DNA of 64,000 bases, from positions 13,576 to 77,575 of the forward strand of contig NZ_JBARVQ010000284.1 of assembly GCF_049646345.1 (NCBI RefSeq), read 5' to 3'. Positions within the stretch are counted from its first letter, which is position 1; each line of letters opens with the position of its first letter. Positions 10,888 through 21,881 of this stretch are shown one piece after another. Source of the DNA: Albidovulum sp. Lineage in GTDB: Bacteria > Pseudomonadota > Alphaproteobacteria > Rhodobacterales > Rhodobacteraceae. The position numbers and the translations under genes are program-made. The notes beneath the pieces were generated by a model, which was given only the letters and a program-made list of their open reading frames with translations, did not search any database and was not told where the DNA came from.

Positions 10888-11598
10888 ATGCGACCTTCAG
10901 GACGGAAACTCGATGATATGCGCAGCGTCTCCATCGAGACGGGCGTGACGAAACATGCCGAAGGGTCGTGCCTGATAAAATGCGGCGACACGCATGTTCT
11001 GTGCACTGCAACGATCGAGGATAAGGCGCCGTCCTTCCTAAAGGGCACCGGGCTCGGTTGGGTCACGGCGGAATACGGAATGCTGCCGAGGGCCACGAAT
11101 ACGCGCAACCGGCGCGAGGCGGCGGCAGGCAAACAATCCGGGCGGACACAGGAAATTCAACGGCTTATCGGGCGCTCGCTGCGCGCCGGTGTTGACCGGG
11201 TGGCCTTGGGCGAACGCCAGATTGTCGTTGATTGCGATGTGATCCAGGCAGATGGCGGTACCCGCTGTGCGTCGATCACTGGCGGCTGGGTTGCCTTGCG
11301 GCTTGCGATGAACAAGCTGATCAAGGCCGGCGCTGTCACCAGCGACCCGGTTGTCGATCACGTCGCCGCGGTATCTTGTGGCATCTATGCCGGCCAGCCG
11401 GTGCTGGACCTTGATTATGCCGAGGACAGCGAGGCCGGAACGGACGGTAATTTCATCCTGACCGGGCGCGGGCGGCTGATCGAGGTGCAGATGTCGGCCG
11501 AGGGCGCGACCTTTTCCCGCGATGAAATGTCAAAACTGCTCGATCACGCCGAAGCGGGCATCGCAGCCTTGGTCGAGGCGCAAAAGGCAGCAATCTGA
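10888..11598 (+). CDS. rph: ribonuclease PH
   Basis: [29 protein letters not shown]..., 236 aa, RNase PH family. Confidence 0.95.
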   Translation: MRPSGRKLDDMRSVSIETGVTKHAEGSCLIKCGDTHVLCTATIEDKAPSFLKGTGLGWVTAEYGMLPRATNTRNRREAAAGKQSGRTQEIQRLIGRSLRAGVDRVALGERQIVVDCDVIQADGGTRCASITGGWVALRLAMNKLIKAGAVTSDPVVDHVAAVSCGIYAGQPVLDLDYAEDSEAGTDGNFILTGRGRLIEVQMSAEGATFSRDEMSKLLDHAEAGIAALVEAQKAAI

Positions 11599-12215
11599 TG
11601 CGCAAATTCTCGGGCAAACAGCTATTGGTGGCGACCCACAACAAGGGCAAGCTGGAGGAAATCGCGGCCCTGCTGACACCCTTTGGCATCGCCTACGTCA
11701 GTGCGGGAGAAATGGGTTTGCCGGAGCCTGAGGAAACCGAAACGACCTTTATCGGCAATGCAAGGATCAAGGCCCATGCGGCGACAAGCGCCACCGGCCT
11801 GCCCGCTTTGGCCGATGACAGCGGCATAGAGGTCGATGGTCTGAACGGTGCGCCCGGCGTTTACACCGCCGACTGGGCGGAAACCCCGAATGGGCGCGAT
11901 TTCGTCAAGGCGATGACCCGGACCTGGGATGAACTTGAGGCCGTGAACGCCCCCCACCCGCGCAACGCGCGTTTTCGGGCGACCATGGTTCTGGCCTGGC
12001 CCGACGGGCATGATGAGGTGTTCGAGGGCAAAGTCGAGGGTCAGCTGGTCTGGCCGATGCGTGGCGCTCAGGGACATGGCTATGATCCGATGTTCCAACC
12101 AGATGGGTATCATATTACCTTTGCCGAAATGGACCCGGCTGAGAAAAACCGGATCAGCCACCGGGCGGACGCGTTCGGCAAACTGGTCGCCTGCTTTGAG
12201 GGGATTAAAGCATGA
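11598..12215 (+). CDS. rdgB: non-canonical purine NTP pyrophosphatase (RdgB/HAM1)
   Basis: LLVATHNKGKLEEI, DDSGIEVDGLNGAPGVY and NRISHRA motifs. 1-nt TGATG overlap with rph. Confidence 0.9.
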   Translation: MRKFSGKQLLVATHNKGKLEEIAALLTPFGIAYVSAGEMGLPEPEETETTFIGNARIKAHAATSATGLPALADDSGIEVDGLNGAPGVYTADWAETPNGRDFVKAMTRTWDELEAVNAPHPRNARFRATMVLAWPDGHDEVFEGKVEGQLVWPMRGAQGHGYDPMFQPDGYHITFAEMDPAEKNRISHRADAFGKLVACFEGIKA

Positions 12216-12586
12216 AACGCATTTCCACTGGCTCTCCGTTCGAAAAAACAATGGGTTACAGTCGGGCTGTTGTAAAAGGCGGTTGGTGCTTTGTCTCGGG
12301 CGTTACCGGCTATGACTATGCGACGATGACCATGCCCGACGGTATCGCTGATCAGGCACGAAATTGTTTTACCACGATCCGGGGCGTTCTGGCTGAAGCC
12401 GGTTTCACGATGGAGGATGTCGTACGGGTTCAGTACACGGTGACCGATACCGGGCTGGTCGACGCTCTGATCCCTGCCCTCGGAGAAGCGTTCGGTGAGA
12501 TCCGCCCCGCCGCGACGATGGTGATCGCGGGACTGATCAAACCAGAGATGCTGGTAGAGATTGAAGTCACGGCCTTTAAGGGCTGA
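12212..12586 (+). CDS. RidA/YjgF family protein
   Basis: 124 aa with a YjgF/RidA-like fold signature (VRVQYTVTD..., EIEVTA). 4-nt overlap with rdgB. Confidence 0.75.
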   Translation: MKRISTGSPFEKTMGYSRAVVKGGWCFVSGVTGYDYATMTMPDGIADQARNCFTTIRGVLAEAGFTMEDVVRVQYTVTDTGLVDALIPALGEAFGEIRPAATMVIAGLIKPEMLVEIEVTAFKG

Positions 12587-13744
12587 GTGGTGGAAGACTG
12601 GCGGCAAGGTGGGTTCGGACTATATCTGCACTGGCCCTTCTGTGCCTCCAAATGCCCCTATTGCGATTTCAACTCTCATGTCGCGGCCGAGATTGATCAG
12701 GACCGCTGGGCGCGTGCCTATCTGAGCGAGATAGAAAGGGTCAGCGCCGAAACCTCGGGTCGGGTGTTGAACACGGTCTTTTTCGGCGGTGGCACTCCGT
12801 CGCTTATGAACCCGACGCTTGTCGCGGCGATCCTCGACAAGATCCGGACGAGTTGGCCCACAGCCAATGATATGGAGATCACGCTGGAGGCCAATCCCGG
12901 TTCGGTCGAGGCAACGCGGTTCCGCGCCTACGCAGACGCCGGGGTCAATCGGGTGTCGATGGGGATACAAGCGCTGAACGATGCCGATCTGAAGCGCCTG
13001 GGGCGGCTGCATTCTGTGGCCGAGGCCCGGGCGGCTTTCGATGTGGCACGGAATGCCTTTGCCCGGGTCAGCTTCGATCTGATTTACGCACGGCAGGATC
13101 AGGATCTGGCGGGCTGGCGGCGGGAATTGAAGGAAGCGGCCGCGATGGCCGTTGATCATATCTCGCTCTATCAGCTGACCATCGAAGATGGCACCGCTTT
13201 CGGCGCACGCCATGCCGCGGGCGGGTTACGAGGCCTGCCGGACGACGATCTGTCTGCCGATATGTATCTGGAAACACAGGATATTCTTTCTGATCTCGGC
13301 ATGCCTGCCTATGAGGTGTCGAACCATGCACGGGAGGGCTGTGAAAGCCGTCACAACATGATCTACTGGCGCTATGGTGATTATGCCGGGATCGGTCCGG
13401 GCGCGCATGGGCGGTTGACCTTGGGCGGGCAGAGATGGGCAACGGAAACACCACTCTCCCCTGCCCGCTGGCTGGATCAGGTTGAGCAGTCCGGTCACGG
13501 GGAAGTGCCGAGGCAGGTGGTGCCGCTGGCCGATCAGGCCGGTGAATACCTGATGATGTCACTGCGACTGGCCGAGGGTACGGATACCGCCAGGTTCGCG
13601 GCACTTGCAGGACAAAAGATTGACGCTGCCACCCTTGTCAGACTGGCTGATCTTGGGATGATCGAACAGTCGGGGCATCGCATCCGGGCCACACCAGCGG
13701 GCCGCGCCGTTCTGAATTCTGTAATCAGAGAGCTTCTGCCATGA
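12587..13744 (+). CDS. hemW: radical SAM haem chaperone HemW (HemN-like, oxygen-independent coproporphyrinogen oxidase family)
   Basis: LYLHWPFCASKCPYCDF (CxxxCxxC radical-SAM cluster). 385 aa. GTG start directly after the ridA stop. Confidence 0.85.
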   Translation: MVEDWRQGGFGLYLHWPFCASKCPYCDFNSHVAAEIDQDRWARAYLSEIERVSAETSGRVLNTVFFGGGTPSLMNPTLVAAILDKIRTSWPTANDMEITLEANPGSVEATRFRAYADAGVNRVSMGIQALNDADLKRLGRLHSVAEARAAFDVARNAFARVSFDLIYARQDQDLAGWRRELKEAAAMAVDHISLYQLTIEDGTAFGARHAAGGLRGLPDDDLSADMYLETQDILSDLGMPAYEVSNHAREGCESRHNMIYWRYGDYAGIGPGAHGRLTLGGQRWATETPLSPARWLDQVEQSGHGEVPRQVVPLADQAGEYLMMSLRLAEGTDTARFAALAGQKIDAATLVRLADLGMIEQSGHRIRATPAGRAVLNSVIRELLP

Positions 13745-14097
13745 TCCGGTCGTTCTGGCTGATCGGGGGCGGGCTTGCCCTGGCGTTCGGTGCGATAGGA
13801 ATATTCCTGCCGCTGCTGCCGACGGTTCCCTTCCTCCTGCTCGCCGCGTTCTGTTTCGCGCGCGGGTCGGAACGACTTCACGATTGGCTGTTGTCACATC
13901 CGGTATTCGGACCGCCCATTGAAAACTGGCGCGACCGTGGGGCAATCGGGCGGAGGGCGAAATGGGCGGCGACGATTTCGATTCTGGCGGCCTTTATGTT
14001 GGCGGCTCTGTTCGGCGCGCCCCTGCCCGCCCTGATCATTCAGGTTATCGTTCTGGGCTGCGTCAGCATTTTCATCTGGACCCGTCCGGATGGCTAA
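13741..14097 (+). CDS. DUF454 inner-membrane protein (YbaN-like)
   Basis: 118 aa. GIFLPLLPTVPFLLLAAFCFARGSERLHDWL is the DUF454 signature. 4-nt overlap with hemW. Confidence 0.8.
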   Translation: MIRSFWLIGGGLALAFGAIGIFLPLLPTVPFLLLAAFCFARGSERLHDWLLSHPVFGPPIENWRDRGAIGRRAKWAATISILAAFMLAALFGAPLPALIIQVIVLGCVSIFIWTRPDG

Positions 14098-14106
14098 ACT
14101 TGGGCA

Positions 14107-14997
14107 CTAGCGAGTCGTGCTCAGTACCTGACAAAGCTCATCAAGTTCATCCAGGGTTTTGTAGGTAATGACAAGGTGACCGCCATCATGGCCCTTGTGG
14201 TCTATGACAACCTTCATCTTCAAATGGGCTGACAGGTCCTGCTCCAGCACGCGGGTATCAGCGTCCTTTTCCGGACGGGTCGTGCGAGGCGCGGGTTTTT
14301 TCGCGGGGGCTTTTGTCAGCCGCTCGGTTTCGCGAACCGACAACCCCTTGGCGATGACTTGCCGCGCCAGTTCCACCGGGTTTTCGGTTGTCACCAGAGC
14401 CCGGGCGTGACCCGCAGTCAGCTTACCTTCACGCAGCCAGCTTTGCACCTCGGCGGGCAGAGTCAAAAGACGCAATAGGTTGGCGATATGGCTGCGGCTT
14501 TTCGACAGGCCCTCGGCGATCTTTTCCTGCGTATGGCCAAAACGATCCATCAACTGACGGTAACCCAGCGCCTCTTCGATAGCATTGAGATCAGCGCGCT
14601 GGATGTTTTCGATGATCGCGACTTCAAGAACCTCTGTATCGCTGAATTCGCGGATCAGGACGGGGACGTCGTGAAGCTGTGCCATCTGCGCTGCACGCCA
14701 GCGGCGTTCGCCCGCGACAATCTCATAACTATTTGATTTTCTTGGGTTAATTCTGACAATCAGTGGCTGGATAATACCCTTGGCCTTGATCGAGGCGGCC
14801 AATTCCTCCAGCGCTTCCGGGGCAAAATCGCGGCGCGGCTGGTCCGGGTTCGGTTCCAGCTTTTCAACCGGCACACGCGTATCTGCGCGGCGCGTAGCTG
14901 CATCGCCGCGCTCTTCCGCCTGATCCAGATGAACATCTGCCATCAAGGCCGACAGGCCGCGCCCAAGACCCCGACGTTCCGATTTCTTGTCAGCCAT
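14107..14997 (-). CDS. parB: chromosome partitioning protein ParB
   Basis: GLGRGLSAL, ParB box (IQPLIVR..., IVAGERRWRAA) and an HTH region. Downstream of parA. Confidence 0.95.
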   Translation of the reverse strand: MADKKSERRGLGRGLSALMADVHLDQAEERGDAATRRADTRVPVEKLEPNPDQPRRDFAPEALEELAASIKAKGIIQPLIVRINPRKSNSYEIVAGERRWRAAQMAQLHDVPVLIREFSDTEVLEVAIIENIQRADLNAIEEALGYRQLMDRFGHTQEKIAEGLSKSRSHIANLLRLLTLPAEVQSWLREGKLTAGHARALVTTENPVELARQVIAKGLSVRETERLTKAPAKKPAPRTTRPEKDADTRVLEQDLSAHLKMKVVIDHKGHDGGHLVITYKTLDELDELCQVLSTTR

Positions 14998-15009
14998 TTC
15001 TGCCCCCTG

Positions 15010-15816
15010 TCAGGTCTTTTTTCCGTGTTGCTCAAGCATTTCCAGCGCCAATGCCCGGTACGCCATGCTGCCCTTGGACATCGTATCATAGGTCAGAACC
15101 GGAACCGCGTAGGACGGCGCTTCGCTCAAACGGACATTGCGCGGCACAACCGTCTTATAGACCAGATCGCCCAGATTGGCCCTGGCATCCGCCTCAACCT
15201 GAGTCGAAAGGTTGTTGCGACTGTCATACATGGTCAGCAGAACGCCTTCGATCCGCAGATCGCGGTTCGCCGATTGCCGGACCTGACGTATTGTCAGCAT
15301 CAACTGCGACAACCCTTCCAGCGCATAGAATTCCGCCTGAAGCGGCACCAGAACGGAATGCGCGGCCACCATAGCGTTGACGGTCAGAAGGCTGAGGGAT
15401 GGCGGGCAGTCGATCAGTATGTAGTCGAAGTCAAAGAAATCAACCGCCGGCTGCCGCAATGCGTCATGCAGAAGAAAGCTGCGCTTTTCGTTGGCGACAA
15501 GCTCAATATCCGCTGACGAAAGGTCGGTCGTCGCTGGGCAGATCCACAGCCCTTCGACCTTGGTCGCCCGGATCACGTCCATAAGTTCTGCCTCTTCCAG
15601 AAGCAGGTCGTAGGTTGTCAGTTCGCGGCTGGCCGGTTCAACCCCAAGCCCCGTCGATGCATTGCCCTGAGGGTCAAGATCGACGAGCAGAACGCTCATG
15701 CCATCCTCTGCAAGGGCGGCCGCCAGGTTGATGGTGGTGGTGGTTTTACCCACGCCCCCCTTCTGGTTGGCGACGGCGATGATTCTTGGCCCCGGCGGAC
15801 GGGTCGGATCAGACAC
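15010..15816 (-). CDS. parA: chromosome partitioning ATPase ParA (Soj)
   Basis: Deviant Walker A NQKGGVGKTTT. 268 aa. Confidence 0.95.
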   Translation of the reverse strand: MSDPTRPPGPRIIAVANQKGGVGKTTTTINLAAALAEDGMSVLLVDLDPQGNASTGLGVEPASRELTTYDLLLEEAELMDVIRATKVEGLWICPATTDLSSADIELVANEKRSFLLHDALRQPAVDFFDFDYILIDCPPSLSLLTVNAMVAAHSVLVPLQAEFYALEGLSQLMLTIRQVRQSANRDLRIEGVLLTMYDSRNNLSTQVEADARANLGDLVYKTVVPRNVRLSEAPSYAVPVLTYDTMSKGSMAYRALALEMLEQHGKKT

Positions 15817-16432
15817 GCGAGATACCTCCGATGGTCAGAACAGTAGCGCCGGGTTCCGTCACGCTATCGTTGTTCTGATAGGAAAATCGCCATGATTCAA
15901 GTGCTTGACTAACTTCTTCGCGCCATGCCGTGCCCTTCGGGAATATGGCCATTCCCTCTGGTGCAAGATGGCGCTCGGCGAAGCCCAACAGCCGGTCCAG
16001 CGGGGCCAGTGCCCGCGCGGTCAGGACATCGGCGTGAAGCGGGGCAACTGCTTCAATTCGTTCGGAAAGTACCGTGACATCTATACCGGTTTCGCGGGCG
16101 ACGGTTGACAGAAATGTCGCTTTCCTCTGATCACTTTCCACAAGGGTAACTTTGGTCGCCGGACGCTCATCAGCCCCAACGATCGCAACAACGAGGCCGG
16201 GAAAACCACCGCCGCTGCCCAAATCCGCCCAAATCCGCGCCGTATCCGGAGCCAGATCGAAAACCTGCACCGAATCGCGAAAATGGCGGTCCCAAAGCGA
16301 ATCGAGCGTCGATCGCGCCACGAGGTTGATGGCAGGATTCCATTTTCGCAACAGGCCTTCATAAAGCGCCAGTCTTTCGGATGTTTCACGTGAAACACTC
16401 CGCCCACCCAATAGCGACATGGCGTCCATCAT
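15809..16432 (-). CDS. rsmG: 16S rRNA (guanine527-N7)-methyltransferase RsmG (GidB)
   Basis: [17 protein letters not shown] and a SAM motif [10 protein letters not shown]. Overlaps parA (8 nt) and mnmG (4 nt). Confidence 0.9.
   Translation of the reverse strand: MMDAMSLLGGRSVSRETSERLALYEGLLRKWNPAINLVARSTLDSLWDRHFRDSVQVFDLAPDTARIWADLGSGGGFPGLVVAIVGADERPATKVTLVESDQRKATFLSTVARETGIDVTVLSERIEAVAPLHADVLTARALAPLDRLLGFAERHLAPEGMAIFPKGTAWREEVSQALESWRFSYQNNDSVTEPGATVLTIGGISRV
16382..16397. promoter_or_regulatory. parS: parS centromere site (ParB binding), perfect palindrome TGTTTCACGTGAAACA
   Basis: Exact match to the palindromic form of the parS consensus TGTTNCACGTGAAACA. Lies inside rsmG codons 13-17 (VSRET), 0.6 kb upstream of parA. 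Confidence 0.85.
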
Positions 16433-18303
16433 CCCGTGTCGCGAAACCGCGCGGCACGACGAAGCGCGGCCAGAATGAGTGTCAGCGCCGCCGGCGTCAT
16501 TCCATCCACCCGCCCCGCGTGTGCGAGAGTTTCGGGCCGGGCGCGCATCAGCTTGTCACGCAGTTCGTTCGAAAGCCCGGATAGTTCGGAATAGTCGAAT
16601 TCCCAAGGAATTTCATGGGCTTCATCACGCTTCATCGCAGCTACATCCGCCTGTTGCCGCTCGATATAGGTGGCATAGGTCGCGTCACGCTTAAGCTGTT
16701 CCTTGATGTCAGAAGACAGACCCACCAGATCTGGCTGCGCCAGTTCAAGCTGCTCAAACCCCACATCCGCAAAGCTCAGAAGGGTGAAGCCGGACCGCCT
16801 TTGTCCGTCCTGACCGACCGTAATGCCATGCTTTGCCGCCTCTCGCGGTGTGAGGGTCAGCTGATCAAGCGCTTCGCGACCAGCGATCAGAGCGTCCATC
16901 TTCTGCGAAAAGGCTGCCCGGCGTTGTTCGCCAGCACAGCCGATCTCCATCGCGAGAGGCGTCAGGCGTTGATCGGCATTGTCCGCCCGCAGGGAAAGCC
17001 GAAACTCTGCCCGCGATGTGAACATGCGATAGGGCTCGGTAACGCCGCGCGTAACGAGATCGTCGATCATGACGCCAATATAGCTTTGGGACCGGGCAAA
17101 GGTCACGACCTCTTGCCCCGTTACCGCCCTGGCCGCATTCAGCCCTGCCACCAGACCTTGCGCCGCGGCTTCCTCATATCCTGTGGTGCCGTTGATCTGG
17201 CCCGCAAGATATAGACCGCTTACCCCCTTTACTTCTAAAGTCTGGGACAGTGCGCGGGGGTCGACATAGTCGTATTCGATCGCGTAGCCCGGTTGCACGA
17301 TCCGGACATTCTCCAGCCCGGCGATGGACCTGACATAGGCATCCTGTACGTCCTCTGGCAGAGAGGTGGAGATGCCGTTCGGATAGACCGTAGTGTCATC
17401 CAGTCCTTCCGGCTCCAGAAATACCTGATGGGATGTCTTGTCAGAAAACCGGACGATCTTGTCTTCGATCGATGGACAGTAGCGGGGGCCGACACCTTCG
17501 ATATAACCACCATACATCGCCGAACGGCTCAGATTATCCCGAATAATTTCATGTGTTTGCTCATTCGTATGGGTGATGCCGCAACTGATCTGCCGCGCGA
17601 ACGGACGGGTGTTGAGAAAGGAAAACAGGGTCGGGTCATCATCACCCGCCTGCGCATCCAGCGCGTCCCAATTGATCGTACGACCGTCAAGCCGTGGCGG
17701 TGTTCCGGTTTTCAGCCGCCCGAGTGGCAAACCAAGATCATCAATTCGTTCTGCAAGCCTGACCGAAGGCCTGTCGCCCATACGACCGCCCGGGCGACTT
17801 ACATCGCCGATGTGAATCACACCTCTCAGAAATGTCCCCGAGGTCAGAACCACCGCAGGTGCCGAAACCTCGTGGCTCGCATCAAGGACCACACCGGTGA
17901 TTCGATTTCCATCGATGCGCAGATCGGTGACCTCGCCTTCAATGATCGTCAGGTTCTGCTGTCGTTCGGTTTCCGCCAGCATGGTTTCACGATAGATTTT
18001 CCGATCTGCTTGTGCTCGTGGGCCTTGTACCGCCGGGCCCTTGCGTCTGTTCAGAAGCCGAAACTGGATACCGGCCTGATCCGCAACGCGGCCCATGACG
18101 CCGTCCATTGCATCAATTTCGCGAACAAGGTGCCCCTTGCCAAGCCCACCAATCGCTGGATTGCAGGACATCACACCAATCGTATCCCGACGCAGCGTTA
18201 CCAGCGCGGTGTTCGCGCCAAGACGGGCCGCGGCATGCGCAGCCTCCGTCCCGGCATGCCCGCCGCCGACGACAATAACATCAAAATGTTTCACGTGAAA
18301 CAC
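16429..18303 (-). CDS. mnmG: tRNA uridine 5-carboxymethylaminomethyl modification enzyme MnmG (GidA)
   Basis: [19 protein letters not shown] motif. 624 aa with GidA-like sequence throughout. Confidence 0.95.
   Translation of the reverse strand: MFHVKHFDVIVVGGGHAGTEAAHAAARLGANTALVTLRRDTIGVMSCNPAIGGLGKGHLVREIDAMDGVMGRVADQAGIQFRLLNRRKGPAVQGPRAQADRKIYRETMLAETERQQNLTIIEGEVTDLRIDGNRITGVVLDASHEVSAPAVVLTSGTFLRGVIHIGDVSRPGGRMGDRPSVRLAERIDDLGLPLGRLKTGTPPRLDGRTINWDALDAQAGDDDPTLFSFLNTRPFARQISCGITHTNEQTHEIIRDNLSRSAMYGGYIEGVGPRYCPSIEDKIVRFSDKTSHQVFLEPEGLDDTTVYPNGISTSLPEDVQDAYVRSIAGLENVRIVQPGYAIEYDYVDPRALSQTLEVKGVSGLYLAGQINGTTGYEEAAAQGLVAGLNAARAVTGQEVVTFARSQSYIGVMIDDLVTRGVTEPYRMFTSRAEFRLSLRADNADQRLTPLAMEIGCAGEQRRAAFSQKMDALIAGREALDQLTLTPREAAKHGITVGQDGQRRSGFTLLSFADVGFEQLELAQPDLVGLSSDIKEQLKRDATYATYIERQQADVAAMKRDEAHEIPWEFDYSELSGLSNELRDKLMRARPETLAHAGRVDGMTPAALTLILAALRRAARFRDTG
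18287..18302. promoter_or_regulatory. parS: parS centromere site (ParB binding), perfect palindrome TGTTTCACGTGAAACA
   Basis: Second identical 16-mer. Includes the last two bases (TG) of the mnmG ATG start codon (18301-18303) and covers codons 1-6 (MFHVKH). Confidence 0.85.
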
Positions 18304-18306
18304 TCC

Positions 18307-19599
18307 TTACTTACCGATACAGAAACTCGCGAAAATCTCATCGAGAAGATGTTCAACATCAACCCGACCAACGAGAGAATCCAGTGCCCGGATACCACGC
18401 CGCAGTTCTTCGGCCGCAAGCTCATACCGATCCGGCCCCTGCTCTACCTCATTCCTCGCTGATTCCATAGCGCTGATCGCAGCCCGGATGGCGGCCTTGT
18501 GCCGGTCCCGCGTAATCACCCCTGCACGCGTCGCCCTGCGCGACAACCGGTCCTCGACGGCGGAGATCAAATCCCTCAGCCCCTCACCTGTCTTGCCTGA
18601 TACCGACAGTATCCGCCCGCTATGATCAGAACCAAGATCCGCCTTTCCCCGCACCACGATGTCGTCCGGATCAGGTTCCAGCATCGGGATGTCATCGCCA
18701 TCCAGCAGGAAGATCCGCAGATCCGCATCACGCGCCCGCGTCACCGCACGATCCACGCCGATACTCTCGACGCTATCCTGCGTTTCGCGCAGCCCCGCCG
18801 TATCCAGAAGCGTTACGGCCAGGCCTGCGATATCCATCCGGACCTCGATCACATCGCGCGTGGTTCCCGCCACTTCGGATGTAATCGCTGCGTCCCGCCC
18901 CGCAAGCGCGTTCAGAAGCGTCGACTTTCCAGCGTTAGGCCGACCGACTATTGCAACCTCAAACCCGTCGCGAATGCGTTCAGCAACGCCGAAACCATCG
19001 AGCTGAAGCACAAGATCTTGTGTGGATTTATCAATTAACCCCAACACCTCGGGCGTTACATCAACCGGCACATCCTCATCAGCAAAATCGATCACCGCTT
19101 CAATCAAGGCCGCCGCACGGATCAGATTGCGGCGCCAAAGCTCAGCACTTTCCCCCACCGCGCCAGAGAGAACCCGCAAAGCCTGTTTGCGCTGCGCTTC
19201 GGTTTCCGCCTCGATCAGGTCGGCAAGACCTTCGACCTGCGCTAGGTCCAGCCGTCCGTTTTCCAACGCACGCCGGGTGAATTCACCGGGCTCTGCCGGT
19301 CGCAACCCCGCCTGAACTGACAAAGCGCCGAGGACAGCGCTTACCGTCGCCGTGGCACCATGGACATGAAGCTCAGCCGATTCCTCTCCGGTAAAGCTCG
19401 CGCCAGCCGTGAAGACAAGAACGATCGCCTCGTCCAGCACGTCACCCTTGCAGGTCAATCGCCGCAATCCTGCCCGGCGCGGTTCCGGCAGATCACCCGC
19501 CAGATCGCGGACCGAGGCCCAGGCGCGCGGCCCCGAAATCCGGATGACAGAAACGCCAGCCTTACCCCGCGCAGACGCCAGGGCATAGATCGTGTCCAT
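18307..19599 (-). CDS. mnmE: tRNA modification GTPase MnmE (TrmE)
   Basis: [16 protein letters not shown]..., G-domain [12 protein letters not shown] and C-terminal FCIGK. Confidence 0.95.
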   Translation of the reverse strand: MDTIYALASARGKAGVSVIRISGPRAWASVRDLAGDLPEPRRAGLRRLTCKGDVLDEAIVLVFTAGASFTGEESAELHVHGATATVSAVLGALSVQAGLRPAEPGEFTRRALENGRLDLAQVEGLADLIEAETEAQRKQALRVLSGAVGESAELWRRNLIRAAALIEAVIDFADEDVPVDVTPEVLGLIDKSTQDLVLQLDGFGVAERIRDGFEVAIVGRPNAGKSTLLNALAGRDAAITSEVAGTTRDVIEVRMDIAGLAVTLLDTAGLRETQDSVESIGVDRAVTRARDADLRIFLLDGDDIPMLEPDPDDIVVRGKADLGSDHSGRILSVSGKTGEGLRDLISAVEDRLSRRATRAGVITRDRHKAAIRAAISAMESARNEVEQGPDRYELAAEELRRGIRALDSLVGRVDVEHLLDEIFASFCIGK

Positions 19600-19629
19600 A
19601 GCGGTAGCCTATTGTTTCAGAACAATATG

Positions 19630-20901
19630 TCAGGCGTTCATAGAATCGAAGAACTCCGAGTTGCTCTTCGTCTGTTTGAGCTTGGAGATCAGGAATTCGA
19701 TCGCATCCGTCGTGCCCATCGGGTTCAGGATACGGCGCAGGACATAGGTCTTCTGCAGGTCGTTCTTGTCGACCAGCAGGTCTTCCTTCCGGGTGCCGGA
19801 CTTTAGGATATCCATCGCCGGATAAACCCGCTTGTCCGCAACCTTGCGATCCAGCACGATCTCCGAGTTACCCGTGCCCTTGAATTCTTCAAAGATCACT
19901 TCGTCCATGCGGCTGCCCGTATCGATCAGCGCCGTAGCGATAATGGTCAGCGACCCGCCCTCTTCAATATTCCGCGCGGCACCGAAGAACCTCTTTGGCC
20001 GCTGAAGCGCATTGGCGTCAACACCACCGGTCAGGACCTTGCCCGATGACGGCACGACCGTATTGAAGGCCCGGCCCAGGCGGGTGATCGAATCGAGCAG
20101 GATCACCACGTCGCGCTTATGCTCCACCAGTCGCTTGGCCTTTTCGATGACCATATCACTGACGGCAACGTGACGGGTCGCCGGTTCATCGAAGGTTGAG
20201 GAGATGACCTCACCCTTCACGCTTCGCTGCATGTCGGTCACTTCTTCCGGCCGTTCATCGATCAGCAGAACGATCAGATAGCATTCCGGATGGTTCTTCT
20301 CGATCGAATGGGCAATGTTCTGCAACAGCACCGTCTTACCCGTACGCGGCGGCGCCACGATCAGGCCCCGTTGCCCTTTCCCGATCGGTGCGACAAGGTC
20401 GATGATCCGGGCCGAGCGGTCCTTGATCGTCGGATCCTCGACTTCCATTTTCAGCCGTTCATCCGGGTAAAGCGGCGTCAGGTTGTCAAAAGCAACCTTG
20501 TGACGTGCCTTTTCCGGATCTTCGAAATTGATCTGCCGTACTTTGGTCAGGGCGAAGTAACGCTCACTCTCACCCGGCGCCCGGATCACACCTTCGATCG
20601 TATCGCCTGTCCTCAGCGAAAATTGCCGGATCATATCCGGGCTGACATAGATATCGTCGGGACCCGGCAGATAGTTTGCCTCGGGCGAGCGCAGAAACCC
20701 GAACCCGTCCTGAAGCACTTCCAACACACCGTCACCGCCGACTTCCCAGCCTTCCTCGGCATGCTCCTTCAGGATCGAGAACATCATCTCGCCCTTGCGC
20801 ATGGTCGAAGCGTTCTCAATCTCCAGCTCTTCAGCCATCGAAAGCAGGTCTGCGGGGCTTTTTGCCTTCAGGTCGGCAAGGTTCAGGCGTTCAAGGGTCA
20901 T
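19630..20901 (-). CDS. rho: transcription termination factor Rho
   Basis: [16 protein letters not shown]-terminus, RNA-binding domain and Walker A PPRTGKT. Start chosen at MTLERLNL. Confidence 0.95.
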   Translation of the reverse strand: MTLERLNLADLKAKSPADLLSMAEELEIENASTMRKGEMMFSILKEHAEEGWEVGGDGVLEVLQDGFGFLRSPEANYLPGPDDIYVSPDMIRQFSLRTGDTIEGVIRAPGESERYFALTKVRQINFEDPEKARHKVAFDNLTPLYPDERLKMEVEDPTIKDRSARIIDLVAPIGKGQRGLIVAPPRTGKTVLLQNIAHSIEKNHPECYLIVLLIDERPEEVTDMQRSVKGEVISSTFDEPATRHVAVSDMVIEKAKRLVEHKRDVVILLDSITRLGRAFNTVVPSSGKVLTGGVDANALQRPKRFFGAARNIEEGGSLTIIATALIDTGSRMDEVIFEEFKGTGNSEIVLDRKVADKRVYPAMDILKSGTRKEDLLVDKNDLQKTYVLRRILNPMGTTDAIEFLISKLKQTKSNSEFFDSMNA

Positions 20902-21026
20902 AGGAAAACCGATCAATTGGGCGCGGCCTGTCAGGCGGCGCGTAAGATCATCATGGGAAATTCCCCAATCCGGACGGCGGGGTTTGTTTGCACATAGCCC
21001 CGCGAACGTCTTGAGTCAATCTTTGC

Positions 21027-21479
21027 TCAGAATTTCAGAATGACCGAGAAAACGATGACCACCATCAAAACCGTCGGTACTTCGTTCATAAGCCGATAGG
21101 TGCGCCCGGTCCGGGTGTTGGTTCCGGCGAGAAAGTCCTTACGCCGGTGCCCCAGCCAGTGGTGAAACCACGTCATTCCCACAACTGCCGCTGCCTTCGT
21201 CCAGGGCCAGATCTCGGACCAGACGACAATCCCCGGCGTGAAGACGAGCGCCAACCCAAAGACCCAGACGCCGATCATCGCCGGGTTCATGATCACCCGC
21301 AGAAGTTTGCGCTCCATCTCATGAAACAGGCGATCTGTTTCACTGCCTGCTTCAACCTTCTCGACGTGATAGACGAAAAGGCGGGGTAGATAAAAAATGC
21401 CGGCCATCCAGGCAATCACGGATATGATGTGCAGTGCCTTGGTCCATGGGTATATCGTCGCCAGAAAATCCGTCATCAT
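21027..21479 (-). CDS. hemJ: protoporphyrinogen IX oxidase HemJ (UPF0093 family membrane protein)
   Basis: 150 aa with 4 TM segments. KALHIISVIAWMAGIFYLPRLFVYH is the family signature. Confidence 0.8.
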   Translation of the reverse strand: MMTDFLATIYPWTKALHIISVIAWMAGIFYLPRLFVYHVEKVEAGSETDRLFHEMERKLLRVIMNPAMIGVWVFGLALVFTPGIVVWSEIWPWTKAAAVVGMTWFHHWLGHRRKDFLAGTNTRTGRTYRLMNEVPTVLMVVIVFSVILKF

Positions 21480-21551
21480 TCCTCACCTGTCGTCATGGTC
21501 CTTTCTAAATAAAGTAAAGATAAAGAAAAGAGATGTGGTTGATGTAAGCCC

Positions 21552-21560
21552 TGTGGATGA
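21552..21560 (-). promoter_or_regulatory. DnaA box, one mismatch (TGTGGATGA = TCATCCACA on the minus strand)
   Basis: 8/9 match to TTATCCACA. A 7/9 box, TGTGGTTGA, lies 10 nt upstream (21534-21542). Confidence 0.4.
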
Positions 21561-21872
21561 TGGGGATTACAGTGTTTCCGGGCAACTTTCCCACATCGGG
21601 ATGGACCTGTGCAAAAACCTGTGAAAAACCGGAAGTTCTGAAAAAAGCGGATAATTAATTATATTTTTCAATATCTTATAGGACTTAAGGGCAGACAGGA
21701 CATGTATAGTTCTGTCCCCGGAGCGGTCTCAGACCAGTCAGTCCACATGGACAGACCTCCCACATCCACAATGGGAGAATTCGCCTGGCACCTTGACAGA
21801 AACCCCGGTTTTCCCCCAGCAACATTGCAAGCCCCGCTTTCAACAAATTCGGCCACACCATTGCACCACCGC

Positions 21873-21881
21873 TTATCCACA
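21873..21881 (+). promoter_or_regulatory. DnaA box, perfect consensus TTATCCACA
   Basis: Exact 9-mer, 12 nt upstream of the maf start codon. Confidence 0.6.

Noticed and set aside
21640-21690. CtrA-type TTAA-N7-TTAA sites in the AT-rich part of the oriC candidate
   Set aside because: TTAA tetramers are present (GATAATTAATTATATTTTTCAA), but none pair at the N7 spacing, so no CtrA box is claimed.
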